A DNA stretch of 64,000 bases from NCBI GenBank assembly GCA_964276515.1, contig OZ193909.1:11904001-11968000 (forward strand). The letters are read 5' to 3'. The DNA is from Gordius albopunctatus (taxonomy: Eukaryota). Under the pieces are notes generated by a model. That model was not told the origin of the DNA. It ran no database searches and worked only from the letters and a program-made list of their open reading frames with translations. Every line of letters starts with the position of its first letter. The stretch's first letter is position 1. The position numbers and the translations under genes are program-made. Positions 55,101 to 64,000 of this stretch are shown piece after piece.

Positions 55101-58100
55101 TATCTTCATATGTCATTAGACCTCACCGAATTATTGTATGGAAAGTGTATGAAATCGGAGGACTTTAATTTTATCTATGAAATGTTTTTACAATTCAAAA
55201 ATGATACCGTAATTAGTTCTAAAGCCTTTTTGCTGTGTCAAGAAAAACTTGAATTCCTGGTGCGAGAATTCACAGGTATAAAAAGCTAAAAGTTATTTTA
55301 AAATACGAAATTACTTGGATTTTTTAAACTTATGCTTTTTTATATAGATAAAGAGGAAAATTTTGAAAGCTTCCTTAGGATCGGAATTTCGTGTATGCTG
55401 AATAAAAATTTTCCCAATAACTTTTTAATCGTTTCAACGTTCAATGAAAATTTGGCCATCATTTTACAACCCATGTCCGTGAGCCAGTCACAGAGAAATT
55501 TCTACATGATTATCGAAAAGGATCTTCACCAAGAAGACTATTTACAAGTTATAATTAATCAATCGTTTTTGGGATACTATTGTTCATACGAAATTGTTTA
55601 GGCATATATAGATTTCCGGGCCTTTTTGTATCGTCATATCATATGGGCTAAAACGGAGGCTAATTATGTTGATTTCTTCACATTCTAACTTTGATCTACG
55701 TTAAATTTATTACTATTTTTTAGCTTAAAATAATTTACTTAAAATTTTTAAATGAATTTTTAATTAATACCTCTCAAACTATTAACCATAATATAAGTTA
55801 TTTCCAGTAATGAAAAACTTGAAAAAACGACTTTTATAGGCCCAACTTATATCGTTTTTTCTAAATTTTTTCAGGGAAGAATGCAAGAGAACCCCTACTC
55901 ATCTACAGCTGAAGGACTTGGGCCAAGTATGAAGGATATCAAAAACAAAATTTGTCGAGATTGTGAACTCATCGCTTTGCTTGAAGACGATACTGGCATG
56001 GAATTATTGGTCGATAATAAGATCATAAACTTGAATTTGTTGGTTAAAGTAAGGAACCACATGTTAACTAATTTTAAATATTTTAAATTAAATAACTGTT
56101 GATAATAGATGAAAAATATTTAAAGCCCTTAGTGCAAAACAAGAAGCTCCTTAATTTATTTTCCTTTCATATTAAAATATCACTTTATCACTCCATTTCT
56201 GGCTTGCTATTTTTTTATTTTACAAACTGACCAACATCATAGTTAGACTTTAGAGTATAAATTATATGAATTTTTTAATTGAATATTCAGTTAAGCAAAG
56301 CAGCGGGTCTCGGGGTTTTCCCCAGGTTCAACCTAATGCCTTTTTATTCGCAAAACTCTGCTCTAATGCTCTTTGTTTACTCCCTTATGCAGGACGTTTT
56401 CGAAAAGGTGTGGCTACCTTCGCATCCCTCTTCGGATACCATGCTCATCGTGTATAGAATGAGGGGATTACTGGGTGATGCGACAGAAGAATTCATCGAA
56501 ACACTCACAGAATCTAGCACTAAAACTTCTGCCAATCAATCGAATCTCACAGAATCTTCACCCGGGAGTATTGAAGAAAAAGCTTGTCGTGAGACTGGAC
56601 AAGATAATGAATTAGACCCCGAAGTGGCTAGAAAAATAGGCTTTCTAGATAAAACGAATTACTTAACCGTCACTATATCCAAGTAATTAACGGAACATAT
56701 ATAAATGTTGCATTATAACCAAAGATTCTACGTTATAATTATGTGCCGACAATTGACTCCCGTATAATAATGTTTTCGTAATCTGTCTAAATAACTAGAC
56801 TGGGATCTAGTTGAGTTTGTTTAAATCATATTTCATAAAAGATTAGTTTTCTTAAGTTCAATTCGGGGCTCGGATTATCGGGCCGAACCTGGTATTTCGG
56901 GCGGCCCATGCAGGGCTCTACAGATCACATTATTCTCAGTTTTTACGAGACGGGCCATGAATTAACTTAAAGTTTTATGCATATTGTAGCTAATGATTTT
57001 AAAATTCATAAGATAATATACGAAAATATTTATGATATTAAGGCGTAAGATCCTTTTAATTACGAACATAAAAAAATTTATAAGCACTCTATGAAAATTC
57101 CCAATCCTTGATATATATTTATATAATGTTGAATATGAATTTTTCGAAAGATTGCAAAACATTAAAGATCCCCTAGCCGTGGCTCCCTCCTTGCAAACCC
57201 TGCTAGATAATGTTGCCTACATGCTCCAATCCTCAATTTTCATTCAAAACCGCATACTTAACCCTACGCCTGGTATCCCGCCAATATTGGTCACCGAAAA
57301 TTGTTTGCACGACTCACTAGGCTGTGGAAACAATTTGATACCCGTCCTTTTCTCGTTACTGTTCAAAATATTGGAAATGGGGCAACATAAGTTAACCGAA
57401 TTCAAGGACTCCCCATCTCCGCTTTTTAATGTGACGGAAGGTAGTCGGAACGAAGATAAGCTCGTCCAAAGCATATTAGACATGCTAAATACCATTTTGA
57501 CCAAAAATAATAGCTGTCAGGTATGTAAAATTTTATCAAGAATGGATTTTTAGATAAAATGTTTTGTAAAAACTCACGCTAAAATTTTCTACATTTTCTG
57601 CACTAGGGGTTATTTTATAAGACCCTTCCCTTCATAAGTATCTTAATTTTATAAATTGATAAAAAAAAGTAGGTAGGAGTAAAGGCCCATTATCACGCAA
57701 TAAAAAGTGTTTTAATATTATAGCATAACTATTTTTAATCAGCAGTTTTATCAACTGTTTTATTTGCCTCTTTATAACTGAATCTACTATCATTTTAAAA
57801 AAATTTCCTTGTTAATGGGTCCATATCGCCCTATATGTTAAAACCCCTATCACCCCACTTTATTTGTCAATCCGTCGACACCCTTAATATTACAACTTTC
57901 TTATATAATTAATTAAACCATTCTAGGTTTACCCTTCCCCCTATCCTATTCAGCCATTCTTTTCTTATTGGGCATTATCACTTATTTTTTATGTTTTTTA
58001 AATAAATTCTCATTATTTCAATCGTTTCCTACGCCAATAGTACGTCGTAGAGGCAAGTTTGTTCGAGAGGATTGTGGCAAACCTTGAGGGATTATCATCG

Positions 58101-61100
58101 AAACCTCACGTATGTCCTTTAATTCTTAAACTCTTGCCCTATTTGACGGCCGGCAACGACGCACTAATCAGAATCCTCCTCGAGTATTTCAGTCCAGCCA
58201 TAGACTTCCCAAGGTTTATTATTATTACCATGGACATATTAGACTGCTTTTAATATAATTGTGATCTCAAATCTCTTTTATATGCTTGGTTTTTTATAGA
58301 TATTGGTAATTTTACCATGAAATATAGAGCTTTTATTTCGACACCTTTAATCCTGCATGAGATAATCAGATTACGTTTATAATTTTAGAAATTATTTTAA
58401 ACTTTAACATCGAATTGTCATTACATGACATCATCATGGCTGCATCCATTCTAATTTTCCAATGGCCTATAGAGTTTTAAATTATACATATTATACTTTT
58501 ACATTTAGTTACGATCAAAATCCGTCCCCTACTGCCACGATAAAGTTAGACCAGCTATGTAACTTGCTCACCGGCCTACCAGCTAACAACGTAAAACCCA
58601 CACCTGTAATCCAACAATTTTTGAGGGCCTTCACTTCGCCCGAAACTTGTGAAAAAACTGGCCAGGGTTCTAAGACGTTTTTCGAGGCAGCTATGACCTA
58701 TATATCATCCGGCGATTTGGCTAACATCACGATATCCAGATCCCTAACGTCAGATCTGAAACCTTTGATTTCCAAATTACCCGCGCTCCCTTACGTTTTG
58801 CGCGTTTTAACAGGTCTGTACCAAGCCTTGGACCCCGCTGACGCTAAAGAAATTTTAACCGTGGGCGGGGACGATTTGTTATACTTGCTGCACCAGCTTG
58901 AGCAAATATCTACGGAAGATCACATGGGAACATTGGCTGAACACCTCATGAATACCCTGCTTAAAATTGATCCCGGCATTCAAAATAAGGTAGGCTTTGT
59001 TAGGGTTATAGGTTTACCGTATTGTTTTATGTATATTTTTTCCTTGTTTATAAAGAGCTAAGGATTCTTTTGTGATCCTATAAAATTTAAAAGTTGAAAA
59101 TGTTGGATTAAGATAAAATTTTTCATTTCAAAAAGGTCTAACCCTAAATCGATTCTTTATCCTATAATTTTAGATTGAACATATACGTCAGCAGACTAAG
59201 ATGGAAAAAAAGAAATTAGCCATGGCTAAGAGAGAGAAGCGGTTAGAATCACTCGGCATGAAGGTAAGCATACAAACATGCTTATATGGAATCTATACTT
59301 TTCAAAATTGCCAACGATTCTTAATTCTGTTTTAATGGATTGCTTCTTTTATCAGACTAATATAAAAGGACAAGTAATAGCAACGACAGAGGCTTCAAAC
59401 ACTCTATCATCCCATCTGGGCAATTTGACCGACGAATCCGGTTTCGTGTGTTGCATATGCTTCGAAGGCTATAAGTTTCACCCGAAGAAAGTATAAAAAT
59501 TTTGGCACTTTATAATTTGATTTGCATGGTGGAATTGTTGTTTAGATTTTGGCCATCTACACCCTAATTAAAAAATGCGAAATTATGAACGTTACCAAGA
59601 GGTCGCGCAAAAACGGTAACATCACTTTTACAAATTTTAACATGGTTCACTTGGAGTGTCACGCGGATTCTCTAAAGTAATTGCAATGTCATTTTTATCA
59701 AAAAATACGAATATTATTAGCGCATTTATCGAATTAGTTATAATAGCCAGCACTTCATTACTGCTATATTTAACAGGCAAACCAAATCTCGCAATGAGTG
59801 GGAAAGTGCTTCCTTAATCAATTCCAACGTTCCTTGCAATAGTTTACTCCCAATGTGGGGCATAAACATCAGCGAAACCGCGTTTGTCCAGCCATTGACG
59901 AAGTGATTTTTTTAGAAAATTCTATGTATATATTAGAGTCCTGCAACAACCAAGTATTATGTTCCCTTGGTATAAGGTTTATAGTTTTGAATTTTTAATA
60001 AGTTATTATAATTGTTTTTGGACCGAGTTTGGGAAAAAAATTATTCGATATTAGGTCTGTTTATGTCTGTATAATTCGCTATGCAGGATTTTAATCCGGA
60101 TTAGGTAGAATTTTACATAAAAAATCAAAATTTTAAAATTAAAAGCTTTGCAATTTAATAGGTTTTTTAAATCGATCCGCGATCTGACGGGTGTCAAGGA
60201 TGTTACCTACGATACCATAGCTCAAGATTTGAAGCTTACCTTCCTCCGTTTTGCTCAGGAGAAGTTTTTTTCGGACGACACTTCTGTCGGGACGAAGGAA
60301 AGCAACATGAAATTGATACCTTACCTTATGAATTTGGCCCTGTACCTAATCCTTCAGTAATTATTCAATGATTTATGTCTATCTCTCAATTAAATTCGTG
60401 TTGTAAAACTCTTTCGTCACATACGTCGAGCTTTATAATTATCAATGCGTTAAATAACAATTAATTTTGTCCTAATTCTAATCCTGATTTTTATTTTAAT
60501 TATATACAAATCTGCATAGAAAGCCTTTATAAAAATATTTTTTACATAAAAAACCATTGTATATACAAAAATTCATATGTTACATTATGAACCTATAAAG
60601 TAATTTGCCGAATTTTGGAAAGGAACAATCTTTTTAAGTCTTAAATTAACAAAACATTGGGTATGTTTTATACTCCAGTTTCAAAGGGGTTAACTAATAG
60701 TTATGTAAGTGTGCTATTTTATATATTTAATCAAATATTAGGCATAACACGCAGAATCACGCTGAAAAGAACGTCGACACTTACCTAGACCTTTATAAGT
60801 CGGTGCAATGCACGGAGGATTGGTACACAAAATTACTCACTAGCACCCACGACGATGTCCATTATTATGCCATATTGGCTGTCATGTTGTACGACAAAGC
60901 TAAGTGGAAACAGAATGGTCCAATATTTTTATCAAACATGATCTTGCACAATTACACCGAGGCCACCTATAATCAAAAATGCAGGTGCGTTATTACTTTC
61001 ACCATACATAAAATTCGTTTGTTTTAATCATATTTTTCTTTAGTTCTAAAAATGATTTCTTCGCCAAATTTGCCCTGTTCAAGCCGGCACTGTTGTTTTA

Positions 61101-61641
61101 CCTCCTTTGTGATAGCCTTTACGTAACGCTTTTTAAGGTACAGTTTTACCATACTTATTTATGTTTATAATAATATTATAAAAGTGTTTTTTTGTGAAAT
61201 CGTGTATGCTAAATTTTTTTTCTGCCACACATGATTCTTCCTGCCATATTGATATTTTGTAATCCCCCCTATTATAAACTTTAGCAACAGTTTCTAGTTA
61301 ATCAATGTCCTCATATCACCCCAATTTTTTAATGAACTTTTCTTCCTCAAATTTAAATAATCAATTTTTTGATTTTATAGGATTTGAGTGAAAAATGTGA
61401 AAATACGCCTTGGACGAAAATGCTAAGTGATTATATAAGAAAACACGACGAGAACATAACGAGAAGTTGTCAACGCATTACTGAACAATTTGACCTTTGG
61501 GTTGGTTACAAAAATTTGGAACAGTTTTTAGCCATCAGAGGTTATTATTACACATAGTGATTTATTGATAATATCAATTTTTTAATAGATATTCCAAGCG
61601 AAATGATTCGGCGTACTTTAGACACCATGAAAACTCTGTGA
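19200..61641 (+). CDS. UBR4: E3 ubiquitin ligase UBR4 (p600 / purity of essence / BIG), ~88 exons, ~5,400 aa
   Basis: Manual GT-AG splicing gives one open frame from ATG 19200 (MAENYMPK) to TGA 61639-61641. Diagnostic motifs: [11 protein letters not shown] box; [108 protein letters not shown]; hemiRING. The start exon is the least certain part. Confidence 0.96.
23924..24100 (+). mobile_element. MITE family A copy in a UBR4 intron
   Basis: TIR CATAGGCGTAGCCAGG / CCTGGCTAGGCCCATG; 8 bp TSD TTTATATC / TTTATATG. Confidence 0.88.
33717..34133 (+). other. UBR4: UBR-box zinc finger of UBR4 (exons 33717-33787 and 33986-34133)
   Basis: [63 protein letters not shown]. Confidence 0.95.
36985..37320. 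repeat. Degraded family C-like MITE remnant in a UBR4 intron
   Basis: GC-rich CCCG/GGGC clusters at both ends of an AT-rich core, ending CAGGGCTT. Similar remnants at ~21200-21520, 27880-27990, 53887-53940, 56860-56920 (TGCAGGGCTCTA) and 63640-63780. Confidence 0.45.
39189..39637. mobile_element. piggyBac-like MITE with long inverted repeats
   Basis: TTAA|ACCCGCGTTCGTGATGACGCGCGAA ... TTCGCGCGTCATCACGAACGCGGGG|TAAA; the imperfect inverted arms extend beyond 100 bp. Confidence 0.75.
40990..41810 (-). mobile_element. Heavily degraded fragment of a restriction-like-endonuclease non-LTR element (R4/NeSL-like, tentative)
   Basis: Scattered minus-strand motifs in the expected order: [33 protein letters not shown]. 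Many stops. Confidence 0.4.
42518..43198 (+). mobile_element. Internally deleted hAT transposon retaining the transposase C-terminus
   Basis: TIR TAGAGACCTGCA / TGCAGGTCTCTA; TSD ATCCACCT / ATACACCT. 42892-42981 encodes [28 protein letters not shown], resembling the end of the hAT dimerisation domain. Confidence 0.88.
44623..44928 (-). mobile_element. DNA transposase fragment (Sola2-like, tentative) in a UBR4 intron
   Basis: [26 protein letters not shown]...[14 protein letters not shown] resembles the SR.MPG.KD.VS motif I recall from invertebrate transposases; the superfamily call is from memory. Confidence 0.55.
51050..51192 (-). mobile_element. Diverged MITE family A copy in a UBR4 intron
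   Basis: Reverse-complement similarity to 23924-24100; flanks AGGACAAT / ATGGCAAT. Confidence 0.7.
59356..59902 (+). other. UBR4: UBR4 hemiRING catalytic module exons
   Basis: [20 protein letters not shown]...FNMVHLECH...[23 protein letters not shown]. Confidence 0.9.
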
Positions 61642-62666
61642 ATTTAGATTTTTTGTTTTTCGTTTAAAATGTTTAATTGAATATTTTTCATCACAATGTT
61701 TAACTTAAATTCAATATAGCTTTTTATTAAACATTATTTGTCTACTGAAGATTGATAATTAATTGATTCTTAGTGTTGCTATAAGTCACATAAATAGTTT
61801 TAATAGTATTTCTTATTTTCCTCTTTTAACTATTAAAACGTATGTTTAAGTCATTAAGTTATACTAGTATGTAAACAAACCAATATTTTTGACCAATTTA
61901 AAAATATTCATTGATAATTTATTTTGATTTATAGTTACGTAACGATCAATGGAAATAATAAAGGGAACGCCGTTAAATTAGCCTGCAAATTTTTTAATTC
62001 TATTAACTAACTTTTGATTCAATTGGGGGGGGGCAAACTTTTTTATGTTAAAAACAAAATTGGCATATTTTTAAATAAGTTTAAAGTCATGTCTTATAAA
62101 TGGAAATTTTAAAATTACATTAATTAATAACTAGTTAATACAATTAAAAAATCGTTTTGACAAATTTAGATAGAGTGCTGTTTTTTGAATACTTTCTCGT
62201 TCCCCTATAAATCAAGTTTTTGAAATGAATGGATTCAAAAATGCGACAATAAACGTTTTGGCCCCTTTTGATTACGTGCAGTGCGCAAACATATCGATCA
62301 AAGCAAATAAGTCGCAAAGCCAACTTAAGGTTTGATAAAAAGAATGTTGGAGCTTGATTAGTATTTGCCCCCTAAATTTTTATTGCAAAATCGCGGTAGA
62401 CTTTTAGTTTGATTATTTGATTAGAGTTTAAGGATGAAAAGCTGCGCCACTAAGAGCACTATCATTAAAGCCACTAATAAATGGCGAGGAAGGATAAATT
62501 CTAGCGCATAATTGTCAACTCGAGTGTGGATACTGAAATGATTTGTTAAATGAGAATGAGTCGCTGGTTGAAAACAAATTGAAATAATATTGTTTCGACA
62601 CGTTAGTAAGTCTGTTGCAAATTCCAACCAGCCTTTTTAAATACATCCTCAAAACTGAGATTAGCG

Positions 62667-62914
62667 CATTGGCGTGTAGAGAGGGGGTATTTCGGGCTAG
62701 AACCCCCCCCCCCCATGACTTTCATTTTATATAATTTTTATATTGTATATTTAATAAAAATAAATATTTGTTGGAATTATATTTTATTATTTTTAGGCTA
62801 TTGTTACTTTAAACCTATAAAAATATTTTTTTATCCAAAAAAAGGTACAAAAAAAATTTCCTATCTTAAAAATTTTATAACCCCACCCCTGAGGAAATCC
62901 TATTTACGCCTATG
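62667..62914. mobile_element. hAT-type MITE with family A-like termini
   Basis: CATTGGCGT...TACGCCTATG termini with G- and C-rich subterminal blocks; the TSD match is poor. Confidence 0.55.
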
Positions 62915-64000
62915 TAGTAGCCGTAACCGTAAGATTGAAAGAGGATAATGAATTAAACATTCAAGAGTTTTAAAAAAACATTAAATAATCTAATAGATTA
63001 ACAAAAATTTTAGAAGACGTTTTGATTGTGATTATGTAGGAGATGCCATTAAAAAAATATTCCGATGTTTGCATAAATTTTATGCATAAAAAAATTAGCA
63101 AGGCTATAGGATCAACAAGGCCATTTCTCAACGTGGTTTGGACATTAAATAGTATAACTGAATAATGATACAATATGTTTTGGCGAGTAAAAATTAAGGC
63201 CATGAAATCAATAAGGAAAAATAGTTCAAGAAACACTCATAAATCTAAATCTCTGGCTGGATTATTGCAAGTACCTAACCTAATATAAACTTTAAGAGTT
63301 ATTGAATTAAATTCAAAATTATTTTTTTAATGATTATGGGATACTAGCTCATATCTTTGTAGCATTTTTTAAGTTAAATATATAATAACTATACTGGTCA
63401 GGAAATAATGGACTTATAAAACCAACCTATTCGGTAAAATTTTAGTTTAATAAATTTGGTTATAAATAAAGGGGAGAAAATCCCATTAAATTTTTTACCC
63501 TAGCTCTATTGATTTTTAATATATATTAAAAATTAACATCTCAATATTTTTACATTGAAAAAATTTCCCAGACTTTAGGTAACCCTCCCTTCCCTTTAAC
63601 ACTTAGAAATAAGTGCGTGTTGTTGTTTATCTACTAATACTACCTGCAGGGCCCGACCCGCGGGCTAGGCTTTTGTGTTAAAATGAAACAATGAGCTGGG
63701 TCTGGACGGGCCGTAATATAATCTAACTAGCTCAGGCCGGGCTTAGATATGCGTAAGGCCTGATAAAAGCCCGTTACAAAATCAATTAGATTTTTATTCG
63801 TTTTTTAAAGTATAAAAAAAGAATTGTTTTTATAATGTTCCGATTTATAATTATTTGATGTTTATTAAATTAACAAGGATTTAATGGATTCCTCTCTTCT
63901 TTATTCATAAATAAAATTTATGAAATTAAAATTTTACCGATTAATTTGCAATTTATTGACGTTTGAAAAACGCCAAAATCGCTGTTTTCCAGCAACTTTG

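Overview
AT-rich eukaryotic (most likely invertebrate animal) genomic DNA. Two thirds of the window (19200-61641, + strand) is one UBR4/p600 (purity of essence/BIG family) E3 ligase gene. I spliced it by hand into about 88 exons (~16.2 kb CDS, ~5,400 aa) with no in-frame stop under the standard code. At 1436-6590 lies a BTB/BACK-domain gene whose 5' half looks decayed. Between the two genes is ~12.5 kb of nested transposon remnants: hAT-type MITEs, RTE LINE fragments, a probable solo LTR, a DINE-1/Helentron-like element, and a nearly full-length degraded CRE-clade retrotransposon with CCAAT-bearing tandem repeats at its 5' end. More elements sit in the UBR4 introns. The most unusual signals are three: very degenerate splice sites in UBR4 (many donors lack both -1G and +5G; AAG and purine-rich acceptors; 36-40 nt introns), a sharp CpG-depleted zone limited to the first ~1.5 kb of UBR4, and a MITE 46 bp from the predicted UBR4 start codon. 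All exon boundaries and counts are manual and approximate.
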